Source: Candidatus Micrarchaeia archaeon (GTDB lineage Archaea; Micrarchaeota; Micrarchaeia; Anstonellales; J096). Taken from it: a DNA stretch of 42,944 nt. Below, piece after piece: positions 9,527-19,459 of the stretch. The notes below the pieces were generated by a model. That model was not told where the DNA came from and ran no database searches. It saw nothing but the letters and a program-made list of their open reading frames with translations. Position 1 is the first letter of the stretch; every line of letters starts with the position of its first letter. The position numbers were made by a program, and so were the translations under genes. The stretch lies in the NCBI GenBank assembly GCA_041500405.1, contig JBGQMB010000003.1, positions 1 through 42,944 on the forward strand. The letters run 5' to 3'.

Positions 9527-10435
9527 ATGAAGATACTGGTCACGGGCGCCGGCGGCTTTGTGGGCGCAAGGTTATGCAAGCATTTCGAGGGCCTTGGAAA
9601 CGAGGTTGTCGCGTGCGACAACTTCCGCTTCGGCTCGATGAAGACGCTCAAGGGATTCAAAGGAAAGGTGATCTCAGGGGATTTCGCCTCGCTTGAAAAG
9701 GATGAAATTGCTGGGCTGGATGCTGTTTTGCACGAGGCGTCCATATCGGACCCTACGTTCAAGGATGACAATGAGATAATGGAGAACAACTTCGGCAAGT
9801 CAACAAGGCTCATGGGCCTCTGCGCCTCGTGCAAGGTGCCGTTCATCTACGCGTCTTCGTCCGCGGTCTACGGAAATTCCCCTGCCCCGAACATCGAGTT
9901 CCGCAACGAGGCGCCGCACAACGCATACGCAAGGTCAAAGCTGCAGCTGGACCACTATGCAATGTCGCTGATGAAGAAAGGCAACAAAATAATCGGTTTG
10001 CGGTATTTCAACATCTACGGGCCAGGCGAGGAGTTCAAGGGAAACCCGGCCTCAATAGTGTTCCATTTCATGAAAAGCTTCCTTTCCGGAAGCGCGCCGG
10101 TCATATACGGGGACGGGAAGCAGAGCCGCGACTTCATATACATAGACGACATAATCAGGGCGAACGAGCTTGCGATAAATTCAAAAGCAAGCTTCATAGT
10201 CAACATCGGAAGCGGAAGGTCTGTTTCGTTCAACGAGCTTTTTGCAACAATGGCAAAAACGTTGGGTATAAAGAACGCAAAGCCGTCCTATGTCCCGAAT
10301 CCATTCCCGAACAATTACCAGTACAACACAAAGGCAAGCCTTGAGAGAAGCAGGAGGATGCTCGGCTTCAGCCCATCCTGGAGCCTAGAGAACGGGATAA
10401 GGGGGCTCGCCACATATCTCAAAACGGCGCGCTGA
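9527..10435 (+). CDS. ADP-L-glycero-D-manno-heptose 6-epimerase-like SDR (HldD/RfaD family)
   Basis: [47 protein letters not shown]. Confidence 0.8.
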   Translation: MKILVTGAGGFVGARLCKHFEGLGNEVVACDNFRFGSMKTLKGFKGKVISGDFASLEKDEIAGLDAVLHEASISDPTFKDDNEIMENNFGKSTRLMGLCASCKVPFIYASSSAVYGNSPAPNIEFRNEAPHNAYARSKLQLDHYAMSLMKKGNKIIGLRYFNIYGPGEEFKGNPASIVFHFMKSFLSGSAPVIYGDGKQSRDFIYIDDIIRANELAINSKASFIVNIGSGRSVSFNELFATMAKTLGIKNAKPSYVPNPFPNNYQYNTKASLERSRRMLGFSPSWSLENGIRGLATYLKTAR

Positions 10436-10490
10436 TGGACGAGAGGAAATGCCATCGCCATCTTTTTTAAAACCTCTTATGTGTATCCCA

Positions 10491-11495
10491 ATGATGAGTA
10501 AAAAGGCGGTAATAACAGGAATCACCGGGCAGGACGGATCCTATCTTGCGGAACAGCTGCTAGGCAAAGGCTACGAAGTCCATGGGATAAGGAGAAGATC
10601 AAGCTCGTTCAACACAAAAAGGATAGACTCCATCTACAGGGACCTTCACGACCCTTCAACAAGGTTTTTTCTGCATTACGGGGACCTGTCAGACGCAAGC
10701 TCCATTGCCCATATCATAAACGAGGTAGAGCCTGACGAGATATACCACCTTGGGGCGCAGTCCCATGTCAGGACAAGCTTCGAGATACCGGAATATACCG
10801 GGGACGTCACGGGCCTTGGAACGACAAGGGTCCTTGAGGCCATAAGAAGAAGCGATAAGAACATCAAATTCTACCAGGCGTCATCTTCGGAAATGTTCGG
10901 CAAGGTTTCTGAAACGCCGCAAAGGGAGACGACGCCCTTCCATCCAAGAAGCCCGTATGCGTGCGCCAAGGTCTACGCATATCACGTTGCGGTCAATTAT
11001 AGGGAAAGCTACGGGATGTTCGCGTCAAACGGCATCCTGTTCAACCACGAGTCCCCAAGAAGGGGCGAAACGTTCGTCACAAGGAAGATAACCCGCGGAA
11101 TCGCCCGCATACTTGCAGGCAAGGACAAGTTCATATACTTAGGAAACATGGACGCAAAAAGGGACTGGGGCTTTGCAGGGGATTACACGAACGCAATGTA
11201 TCTGATTTTGCAGAACCGGGAGCCGGACGACTTTGTCATCGCCACTGGAGAGACGCATTCCGTGAAGGAATTTGCCGAGGAGGCGTTTTCGTTGGCTGGC
11301 CTAGACTGGAAGGAACACATAAAAATCGACCCAAGGTACTTGAGACCGAGCGAAGTGGACGTGCTTGTCGGAGACTACTCAAAGGCCAAAAGGGTCCTGG
11401 GGTGGGAGCCCAAGATCAGGTTCAAGGAATTGGTCAGGATGATGGTGGAATCGGACCTCAAGGAAGAGGGCGTTTCTTCTGGAATCAGGGGATGA
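10491..11495 (+). CDS. gmd: GDP-mannose 4,6-dehydratase
   Basis: [54 protein letters not shown]. Confidence 0.96.
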   Translation: MMSKKAVITGITGQDGSYLAEQLLGKGYEVHGIRRRSSSFNTKRIDSIYRDLHDPSTRFFLHYGDLSDASSIAHIINEVEPDEIYHLGAQSHVRTSFEIPEYTGDVTGLGTTRVLEAIRRSDKNIKFYQASSSEMFGKVSETPQRETTPFHPRSPYACAKVYAYHVAVNYRESYGMFASNGILFNHESPRRGETFVTRKITRGIARILAGKDKFIYLGNMDAKRDWGFAGDYTNAMYLILQNREPDDFVIATGETHSVKEFAEEAFSLAGLDWKEHIKIDPRYLRPSEVDVLVGDYSKAKRVLGWEPKIRFKELVRMMVESDLKEEGVSSGIRG

Positions 11496-11505
11496 GCTCG
11501 CCAGC

Positions 11506-12672
11506 ATGAAAAAAGTCCTGTTTGTTTCGGTGCACCTGCCTTCCAAGCTTAGCGGCTTCCGCATACTTTACTATGACGTGCTCAGGTTCTCTACAGAGTT
11601 CGACGTCCATTTCATAAGGCTCAACCTTAACGAAGGCGGGCGCGGGCTGCAGACAGGCACAGTGGTCGACAAGGACCTGCTTGAATTGCCAAAGAAGGTC
11701 AAATTCAGTGAAATCAGGTGCGACGGCGAGCGGTTCGACCCGCTGTTCCTTGCATATCCAATCTTCATGAAGCAGATGTCTAGGATGGCGTGGGCGATGC
11801 CCCAAGTGCAGGAATACATCAATAGGGAGAAAATCGACTGCGTCGTCCTATTCACGGGGTCCTGCTGCGTTGCCTTGCGCAACCTTGTTGCGCCTGTCAA
11901 GATTGCCGAGCCCCTGGACTCCACTGAGCTGTATTATATCGCAAAGGCAGAGCATATGCCTTCGCCGAAGAACAAGGCGATAAGGCGCCTAAGCCGCCTG
12001 TTTTCCAAGGCAGTGCTTCCGGACCTTGCCAAGAAGTTCGACCTTTTCGTATATGTGACGGATGAGGACAGGAAACAGGATGGAATCCCTGAAAACAAGG
12101 CATTCGTATTCCCGCACGCAAGGGATCAGCCGTTCAAGGGCATTGGCGCAAGGAAACGCGACATAGACGTCATATTGTCCGGGTTCTGGACCCATCCGCC
12201 AAACCGCGATGGCTTGAGGGAAATCGCGCCGAAATTGGGCAGGATAAGGGGGAATGTCAAGATAATCGGCATCAACATGGATAAGTCCTTGAAGTTTCCT
12301 CCGAACGTAGAGCCGCTTGGGTTCGTGGACAACGCATCTGAATATTATTTAAGGTCAAAAATAGCCCTGATACCGGTGTTTTACGGCGCAGGCCTGCAGA
12401 GCAAGGTCTTTGACGCATTGAGGCACGGGTGCAAGGTCGTTTCCACCATGTTCACAAAAAGGAAATTCGAGGCATGCGGGTTCTTTTCCAAATCCGCCAT
12501 TTACTCTGAGAACCTGATAAAGGCAACAAACGACGCGCTTGAAAAATACAGCAAAAAGGACGCGGATGCGGCATTCCAGTCATACAGGGAATGGTATATC
12601 AGGAACTCAAAGAAGGAGACGCAGTTCCTGGACACCGTCAACCACATATTCGAGGAAAAGGGCCTGCTGTGA
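11506..12672 (+). CDS. GT-B glycosyltransferase (GT4-like)
   Basis: HPPNRDG, LGFVD, PVFYGAGLQSKVFDAL C-terminal motifs. Confidence 0.8.
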   Translation: MKKVLFVSVHLPSKLSGFRILYYDVLRFSTEFDVHFIRLNLNEGGRGLQTGTVVDKDLLELPKKVKFSEIRCDGERFDPLFLAYPIFMKQMSRMAWAMPQVQEYINREKIDCVVLFTGSCCVALRNLVAPVKIAEPLDSTELYYIAKAEHMPSPKNKAIRRLSRLFSKAVLPDLAKKFDLFVYVTDEDRKQDGIPENKAFVFPHARDQPFKGIGARKRDIDVILSGFWTHPPNRDGLREIAPKLGRIRGNVKIIGINMDKSLKFPPNVEPLGFVDNASEYYLRSKIALIPVFYGAGLQSKVFDALRHGCKVVSTMFTKRKFEACGFFSKSAIYSENLIKATNDALEKYSKKDADAAFQSYREWYIRNSKKETQFLDTVNHIFEEKGLL

Positions 12673-12744
12673 ATATTCTCCAACGGAACGAAAGGCATTT
12701 AAAACAGGCCAGGGCAAGAAGCAACAGCATAACGGTGTTCTTAC

Positions 12745-13596
12745 ATGATACATCTTGAATTCACGACCGTGGTCGGCTGCAGGAACATGTGCACATACTG
12801 CCCGCAGGCAAACATCATAAAAAGCTACAAAGACAGGGCAAAGATGGTGATGAGCCTTGAGGACTTCAGAACCTGCGTGGACAAGACCCCGCAGGGAACG
12901 GAGATAGCCTTCAGCGGGTTCGCCGAGCCGTTCCTCAACCCAAGATGCATCGAGATGGTGGAATACGCCTATGCAAAGGGGCATCCTGTTTCTGTCTATA
13001 CGACGCTGGTCGGGGCCTCGATGGACGACATCAAGAGGCTTGAGAAGATACGCTTCTACGACTTTGTGATGCACCTGCCCGACAAGGAGATGACAATAAA
13101 GATAAACGATGAGTATCTTGCCAAGCTGAGGGCGGTCGCAAAACTAAAGATAAATGCGACGCACGACAAGCACGCCTGCTGCTTCGCCGAGGTGGACAAG
13201 CGCGTGAAGGACGCAATCGGCAACAGCATGAGGGTCGAGGACCTTGTCCAGCCAAACACAAGGGCCGGATACATCAAGAAAAGCGGCATATCCAGGAAGG
13301 GCCTGATAACGTGCAGGAAGGGGGGAAGCCTACTGAACCAGAACGTGGTCATGCCGAATGGAGACATTGTCATGTGCTGCATGGACTTCGGTCAAAGGCA
13401 CGTGTTCGGGAACCTTTTGAAGCAGAGCTACGAAGAGGTAATGAACAGCCCTGAAAGGAAGCGCGTTATCGAGGGTCTGTCGAACGAGAAGGTGAGCATA
13501 TTGTGCAGGACGTGCGAATCCGCAATAAGCCTGACAAATGACGGGCTGATGGGCGTAGTGTATTACCTGAACTCAAGAAGGAAGGAGCTCTTTTGA
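12745..13596 (+). CDS. Radical SAM protein with SPASM/twitch domain
   Basis: CRNMCTYC (CxxxCxxC), FSGFAEP, PNGDIVMCCMD, GNL, CRTC. Confidence 0.92.
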   Translation: MIHLEFTTVVGCRNMCTYCPQANIIKSYKDRAKMVMSLEDFRTCVDKTPQGTEIAFSGFAEPFLNPRCIEMVEYAYAKGHPVSVYTTLVGASMDDIKRLEKIRFYDFVMHLPDKEMTIKINDEYLAKLRAVAKLKINATHDKHACCFAEVDKRVKDAIGNSMRVEDLVQPNTRAGYIKKSGISRKGLITCRKGGSLLNQNVVMPNGDIVMCCMDFGQRHVFGNLLKQSYEEVMNSPERKRVIEGLSNEKVSILCRTCESAISLTNDGLMGVVYYLNSRRKELF

Positions 13597-13600
13597 GCAC

Positions 13601-14791
13601 CTAAAGCCTTTTTTCCTTCAGCAGTCTCGCGTAAACCTGGACAGCTTCCTTGAGGTTTTTTGGCATTATCGGAAATACTATTTTGCCCAGCTCATTTTTC
13701 CATCCAATTAAGCTAAGCAGGGTCTGGCAAAACCTTATTGGAATCAGTATGGTTGCAATAATTATCCCAAGAAGGAGCCTCAGCCTGGATTCTCTTAGTA
13801 CAATCCTGTCATCAAGCGTGTCATATCTTTTGAATAGCAGCAGGCTAAGCAGCGAAACAGGAACGCTGAGCGCTCTGCCAAGGAAAGTAGGATTGAACTC
13901 CAGCGCATTTTCCAGTTTTTCAATCCCAACAGGGGCTCCGCCCTCCGTTATCTCATCCCTTATGATGAATTTCTCGGAGTTCTGCGCAATCTCCGACATT
14001 TGCCCGTCGGAAAAAACATCCGCGAAAAACGAGTAGAACATCCTCCATGCGATGTACTTCAGGTAAGAGGCTTTCCTATATGTTGATTCAAGCAGCATCG
14101 CAAGTATGAGGCCTGCGACGTACGGATAGTATTTCCTTTTTGCCAGCATCTTGTGGTATATCGTGAACCCCTCCATCGGGTGCCTCACGTACGCCTTATC
14201 AGTAAAAATGGCCTTTCCATGCTTCAGCAGCCTGGACCTGAACTCATAGTCCTCCCCGCCCCTCCAGGGGTACGGGACGCTGAAACCGACTTCCTCAAAG
14301 ACGTTCCTTGGGATAAACCCGAAGCTGTTGGGGTTGTAGGTGTTGTTGCCTATCATCTTCCCCTCGCCCTGGTAGATTATGGGAAGAACTGCCTTTTTGG
14401 ACGAAAGCGCAAGGTCCTTGCACGCAACAAACCCCTTCTTCGAGTCAAGGAACGCGTTGATGTCAGAAAGAACGACAACCTCGTAGCCAAGGCTGTAAGA
14501 GAGCGACTGCGCAACAAAGAACGCGCCGCAGGTGCCGAGCGGGACTTTTTCAACCGCATGGAACGAGTCAAGGCCGATGTCCTGTACCCTCATCCCTGCG
14601 CGGTAAATGAAAACAAAGTCTGCAATTTCTGAAATCCCGGTTTTCCTTGCCCATGCCACGAATTTCGCCAGCTCGGCTCCATCGCCAACAGGGCACGCGA
14701 CAACGATGTTTTTCCTCTTTTTCACCGTGTTTTTTGTCTCGCCGATGAGAATGTCAAGACCGCCTGAAAGCATTGCCTTTTGTGCTGCCAT
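13601..14791 (-). CDS. GT-A (GT2-like) glycosyltransferase with hydrophobic C-terminus
   Basis: LGTCGAFF, FEEVGF, GGEDYEF..R; similar to the 16809-18056 product. Confidence 0.65.
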   Translation of the reverse strand: MAAQKAMLSGGLDILIGETKNTVKKRKNIVVACPVGDGAELAKFVAWARKTGISEIADFVFIYRAGMRVQDIGLDSFHAVEKVPLGTCGAFFVAQSLSYSLGYEVVVLSDINAFLDSKKGFVACKDLALSSKKAVLPIIYQGEGKMIGNNTYNPNSFGFIPRNVFEEVGFSVPYPWRGGEDYEFRSRLLKHGKAIFTDKAYVRHPMEGFTIYHKMLAKRKYYPYVAGLILAMLLESTYRKASYLKYIAWRMFYSFFADVFSDGQMSEIAQNSEKFIIRDEITEGGAPVGIEKLENALEFNPTFLGRALSVPVSLLSLLLFKRYDTLDDRIVLRESRLRLLLGIIIATILIPIRFCQTLLSLIGWKNELGKIVFPIMPKNLKEAVQVYARLLKEKRL

Positions 14792-14795
14792 CAGC

Positions 14796-15713
14796 CTACA
14801 CCTTTCCGTGCTCCTCGAACCACTCTATGGTTCTGTCAAGGCCTTCCTTGAGCGGCGTCATCCTGTATTTTGTGAGCTTCCTCATTTTCTCGACATTGAG
14901 GCATTTGGAGCGCGCTCCGACGTATTTGGTGGTGTCGAACTTTATTTTATCGAAGTCGTATCCGACCTTGTCGCATATCATCTGCGCGAACTGCCTTATT
15001 GAATGCTCCTTGCCTTCGCCTATGTTTATGTTGTCGTTCTCGCATTTTTTGGAGAGCTCTGCCATTATGTTGGCAAAGTCGTTCACGTAGACAAGCTCCC
15101 TTTTCTGGTGGCCGTCGCCCCAAAGGACTACGGGCTCGTTGAACCTTTTTCCGCGGATTATCTTTCTTATCAGGTCGAATATGAAGTGCATCTGCCGTCC
15201 GTCGGTGTGGTAGTGCGGGCCGTAAAGCGTCGAGGGCACGAACTGCAGGTATTTCAGGCCGTACTGCTTGTTCAGGGCGATAAGCCCGGCATACATCATC
15301 CTTTTCGTCATCCCATACGTGAAAAGGCTCTCGATGGGCACGCCCTTCATATAGTTTTCCTCTTTGAGCTCGTACTTGGGGTCGTAAGAACAACTGGTCC
15401 CCATCGTGATGATTTTTGCCTGGGGCTGCTCCTTGGACCAATAGTCAAGAACGTTCGTGTTTATCCTCTGGTTTATGACCCACTGCTCGCCGCTGTGATA
15501 TAAACAGAAGTCGCCTGCCTGTGTCCAGGCCGCAAGATGGACGACCATGTCAAAGTCGCCCTTCCTTTTCTTGAAGACGGACTCCAGCGCGCCCTGCTTT
15601 GTGAGGTCGCAGGCCTTGGAATTCACCTTCTCAAGGCTGTGGCCGTCCTTCTCCAGCTTCGCGCAAAGCGAAGTGCCCAAAAATCCCGTTGCGCCCGTGA
15701 CTAGTATTTTCAA
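14796..15713 (-). CDS. GDP-L-fucose synthase-like epimerase/reductase
   Basis: VTGATGFLG, GTSCSY, YGMTK, PSTLYGP, LWGDGHQKRELVYVND. Confidence 0.85.
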   Translation of the reverse strand: MKILVTGATGFLGTSLCAKLEKDGHSLEKVNSKACDLTKQGALESVFKKRKGDFDMVVHLAAWTQAGDFCLYHSGEQWVINQRINTNVLDYWSKEQPQAKIITMGTSCSYDPKYELKEENYMKGVPIESLFTYGMTKRMMYAGLIALNKQYGLKYLQFVPSTLYGPHYHTDGRQMHFIFDLIRKIIRGKRFNEPVVLWGDGHQKRELVYVNDFANIMAELSKKCENDNINIGEGKEHSIRQFAQMICDKVGYDFDKIKFDTTKYVGARSKCLNVEKMRKLTKYRMTPLKEGLDRTIEWFEEHGKV

Positions 15714-15723
15714 ATTAACATCC

Positions 15724-16749
15724 TCACATTCCGACTTTGTCCAGAATCTCCTTAAGCTTTTCTCTTGTTTTGAGCTCCATCTCCTTGTCCTTCCTGGCTA
15801 TCGCGGCCTTGCTGAACTTGGCCTTGCCGGACCAGACTCTTTCCATCACGTCCCTCAGGTCATCCGAATCCCCGGATGAGAAGAACCATCCTGTCTTGCC
15901 TTCATCCACCCAGTCCTTGAACGAAGGCGAGAACGGGGCTATAACCGGGATGCCAAAAAGGAAGGCAAGCGTCATGCATCCGGAAAACTGGGAAGAGACA
16001 AGATAAGGGAGCACAACAGCCTTTGAGCGCTTTATGAGGTTGTGCATCTCTCCGTTGTCAAGCCATCTATCAAGGTGAACGATATTTTTTGAGCTGAGAT
16101 TCCTTGCCGCCCTTCCTGCAAGGACTGTGCTGAATCTCGCGCCCTTTGCCGCCTCAAGCAGGACGTCCGTGCCTTTTGAGAACCTGTCTATGCCTCCAAA
16201 GTTAAGGAAAAACTTTTCAATGGGAAGGTCGACGTGCCTGTCCTCCTGGAAAAAGCCCTTCCTTATGGACGCGTACGGCGGATGCGGAAGCACCTCGGCC
16301 CTGACGCCGAGCCTATGCCTTATCTGCCAGGCAAGGGGCCACTGCGTCGCAACAGTAAGCGTGGAGCTGCTTATTATCTTGTCGTGCATGAAATCGTTGG
16401 TCCTGTCGCTGATGCCCTTCGAGGAAAAAGAATAGTCGTATGTTGCGTGGAAGTAAAAAATCTTTTTTGACTTGAGCGAAAGGAAGAGTGGAAACATCTT
16501 GGGCGAGACCATGCCGAAGAACGAGACGCCGGACTCAAGCCTTTTCTTCAGCTTTAAAAGGTCGGGTATTGAGAAAAAGTCGTAAAACTCCGCTTCTGGG
16601 AAAATGCCCCTGATTTTCTGCGCCCTTTCGTTGTCCTTTGACAGGATGAGCTTTGCGTCAATGCCGAGCTTCCTTGCGATTTCGTAGACAGTCAGCGTGG
16701 ACTCAAGCCCGCCGCCCCTCCTGCCTGCGTAAACAAAGAAAAGCTCCAT
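15724..16749 (-). CDS. GT4-like glycosyltransferase
   Basis: FGGIDRFSKG, VLPY..SQFSG, GIPVI, GKTGW; start at ATG 16749. Confidence 0.82.
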   Translation of the reverse strand: MELFFVYAGRRGGGLESTLTVYEIARKLGIDAKLILSKDNERAQKIRGIFPEAEFYDFFSIPDLLKLKKRLESGVSFFGMVSPKMFPLFLSLKSKKIFYFHATYDYSFSSKGISDRTNDFMHDKIISSSTLTVATQWPLAWQIRHRLGVRAEVLPHPPYASIRKGFFQEDRHVDLPIEKFFLNFGGIDRFSKGTDVLLEAAKGARFSTVLAGRAARNLSSKNIVHLDRWLDNGEMHNLIKRSKAVVLPYLVSSQFSGCMTLAFLFGIPVIAPFSPSFKDWVDEGKTGWFFSSGDSDDLRDVMERVWSGKAKFSKAAIARKDKEMELKTREKLKEILDKVGM

Positions 16750-16808
16750 GGTTACACCTTGCCATGCATGGTTTTTAACCCCTGTTGTCCAGGCGGGTTG
16801 CCGCCGTA

Positions 16809-18056
16809 TCAATCAAGCCCGTAGCCCATTGTGTTGGGCTGCTTTATCGCCTTTATCGGAAGAAACAGCAGGAACATCATAATCGCAAACAGCGGCGTGA
16901 AAATCGCCCATCCGACAAGCCTTGCAAGATGCAGCAGGGGGTTGGAATTGTCTGCCATAAGGAGGTATTTGCCGTCCTCAACCCTTGCGTACAGCCTTTT
17001 TGCGAAAACCGCTGTCATAACGACCTTGAGGTAGCTGAACGTGCTGAGAACAACAACGTCCTTCCTGAACATTGAGATAGACTCTGAAAGAACAGTCTGT
17101 ATCTTGTCCCTTCTCCTATCCGCGACATGCTCCGGATTTTTGTCATAAACCTTCTCGAAACCGCTGAACTCAGCTTCTTTTTTCTCAAAAATAAATTTCC
17201 TGAATCCCGAGTTCATCGCGTCAATCGCCTTTTTGCCGTATGTGCATGTCAAGAGCAGTTTCAGCATCGTCGCAAATATTTTCCTTCCGTAATCTGGAAG
17301 GAAAAACAGGTATATCGGGAGATAAACGGAAAAAAGGCAGAGGTTGTAAAGCACGGAGTGGATGTCCTTTACTATTATGAGGGCCGCATTGAAGAAAACC
17401 ATCGCCCTGTCCAGATTCCCAAATATGAAGTTCCCGCCAAGGCTGTAGGGATGGTCGACTGTCTTTTTGATTATGGTTCTTGGCTCCTTTATTCTTTCAA
17501 CGTATTCCGCGTCGTCAGCGCCATGGAAAAGAGGAAGGTAATAAAGCCCGTATTTTTTCCAAACGTCCGTGTCGAAAAGCGTGTACTGAGTGGGTGACGA
17601 GCCTATTTGCTGCACCTTGAAGTCCTTAGTAACAGCGTAGTTCGTTATGCAGGACACGAACCTCTTTTCCCTGTTGGCGTAAAGCGCCTCCACAAGCGTT
17701 TTGTCAACTGGCATGCAGTCGTCGTCCGCCATTATCGCATACTTGTATCCCTTTTCCAAGGCATATTTCTGGCCAGTGAAAAAGCCGCCGGAGCACCCTC
17801 TCCTCTCGTTCTCCTTCGCCATTATTACGCTGAACTTGAATTTTGACTTTTTGAGGTATTCCTGCATCTTTTTGTCGTCGAAAGGAATACCAAGGATGAG
17901 CAGGACGTCAAATGCCTGGAAATCCTGCTTGGCAAGCATTTCAAGGTGCCTGGTGACGTTTCCGTACTCCTTGAATGCCGAGATTATTATGAGCAGGTCC
18001 TTCCTTTTGCCCTTCGGGTATTCCTTTGCGTAGGAGACAAGCTCGCTGAACTTCAT
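16809..18056 (-). CDS. GT2-family glycosyltransferase with C-terminal hydrophobic segments
   Basis: LAKQD, GCSGGFFTG, ADDDC (DxD), GADDAEY; start at ATG 18056. Confidence 0.8.
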   Translation of the reverse strand: MKFSELVSYAKEYPKGKRKDLLIIISAFKEYGNVTRHLEMLAKQDFQAFDVLLILGIPFDDKKMQEYLKKSKFKFSVIMAKENERRGCSGGFFTGQKYALEKGYKYAIMADDDCMPVDKTLVEALYANREKRFVSCITNYAVTKDFKVQQIGSSPTQYTLFDTDVWKKYGLYYLPLFHGADDAEYVERIKEPRTIIKKTVDHPYSLGGNFIFGNLDRAMVFFNAALIIVKDIHSVLYNLCLFSVYLPIYLFFLPDYGRKIFATMLKLLLTCTYGKKAIDAMNSGFRKFIFEKKEAEFSGFEKVYDKNPEHVADRRRDKIQTVLSESISMFRKDVVVLSTFSYLKVVMTAVFAKRLYARVEDGKYLLMADNSNPLLHLARLVGWAIFTPLFAIMMFLLFLPIKAIKQPNTMGYGLD

Positions 18057-18109
18057 GGATGCGGTATCGCACCGCATATTTAAAAAAGCAAATCCCGTAA
18101 AACAGCAGT

Positions 18110-19459
18110 ATGGCGCTTGGCTGGAGGATACTGAAGCAGGGCAATTACAAGGTGGCAATGCCGATGCTGAGCAGCGACGAGGAGGAGTTCGTCGCAAGCA
18201 TGGCTTCGCGCTTCAAGGAATACATAAGGATATCCGAGTTCAAGGGCGAGGCTGAGATAAGGGAGATGCTGTCTAACATCCTTGTCAACATGGCAAAGGA
18301 AAGCGACGTGTCGCTTGACAAGGGCCAGCAGAAATACCTTGTGGAGGCCGCGTTCCGCCACATATACGGCCTGGCATTTTTCGACGAACTGCTTAAGGAC
18401 CAGGAAATAGAGGAAATAGCGGTCATAGGCCTGTGCAAGCCCGTCTATGTCTTTGTCGCGGGAAAGGGCTGGAAAACCGTGAATGCGGAGATAATGGACG
18501 AGCACTCCCTGATGGAGATAATAAACAAGATGGCAAAGGGCATCGGCAGGCGCATAACGCTCCAGCATCCCAGGCTTGACGCCTCGCTTCACGACGGCAG
18601 CAGGCTCCATGCTTCAATATCTCCGGTCTCCGCGGGGGAAATGACCATAAGAAAATTCAGGACAAGGCCGCTTTCGCCGAAACAGCTCATAGGGAACAGG
18701 ACCGGCAGCGCGCCAATCTTCGCCCTGCTTTCCATGTTCATGCAGAGCGACAGCTCCATAATAGTGTCCGGAAACACCGCAGGAGGAAAAACAACGACTT
18801 TGAACTCGCTGTTCACGTTCATACCGAAAAACGAGAGGGTGCTGATAACCGAGGAGACCCCAGAAATAAGCATACCTCATGAGCACCAGATAAGGATGGT
18901 CGCCAACAGGGACATGGGCATATCGCTGATGGACCTGATTTATGACTCCCTGAGGATGAGGCCGGACAGGATAATAGTGGGCGAAGTAAGAAACAGGGAG
19001 GAGGTCAACGCCCTTGTGGACGTCCTTTTGGGGGGCCAGGCAAGGGGCGTTTACGCGACGTTCCACGCGCAGTCCTCGCAGGAGGCTCTCAATAGGCTTG
19101 CAAGCATGGGCGTGCAACACATGGACCTTTCAAGCATAGACCTTATCCTGGTCCAAAGGAGGATGATGGCATACGACAGGAAGAAAAGGCAGACCCTCGA
19201 GGTCAGGAAGATAAGCGAGATGAGCCTTGTCGAGGACGGAAAGCCGGTTACGCTTGCCAAGTATGATATGCAAAATGACTCTTGGAAATACGCCAACAAT
19301 GGAAAGGCACTTGCCCTGCTGGCCGAAAGGATGGGCTTCAGCGAGTCCGAAGCCAAAAAGGAGGCCGCGCTCAGGGAAAGGCTGGTCTCCCGCGCGCCGG
19401 ACGACTTTATGGAATTTTACAATACAGTGCAAAAGGAGCTTTATGGAGATGCAAAATGA
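18110..19459 (+). CDS. Type IV pilus/secretion ATPase (TadA/CpaF/VirB11 family)
   Basis: TIRKF, Walker A GNTAGGKTT, ITEETPE, LRMRPDRIIVGEVR, TFHA. Confidence 0.93.
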   Translation: MALGWRILKQGNYKVAMPMLSSDEEEFVASMASRFKEYIRISEFKGEAEIREMLSNILVNMAKESDVSLDKGQQKYLVEAAFRHIYGLAFFDELLKDQEIEEIAVIGLCKPVYVFVAGKGWKTVNAEIMDEHSLMEIINKMAKGIGRRITLQHPRLDASLHDGSRLHASISPVSAGEMTIRKFRTRPLSPKQLIGNRTGSAPIFALLSMFMQSDSSIIVSGNTAGGKTTTLNSLFTFIPKNERVLITEETPEISIPHEHQIRMVANRDMGISLMDLIYDSLRMRPDRIIVGEVRNREEVNALVDVLLGGQARGVYATFHAQSSQEALNRLASMGVQHMDLSSIDLILVQRRMMAYDRKKRQTLEVRKISEMSLVEDGKPVTLAKYDMQNDSWKYANNGKALALLAERMGFSESEAKKEAALRERLVSRAPDDFMEFYNTVQKELYGDAK

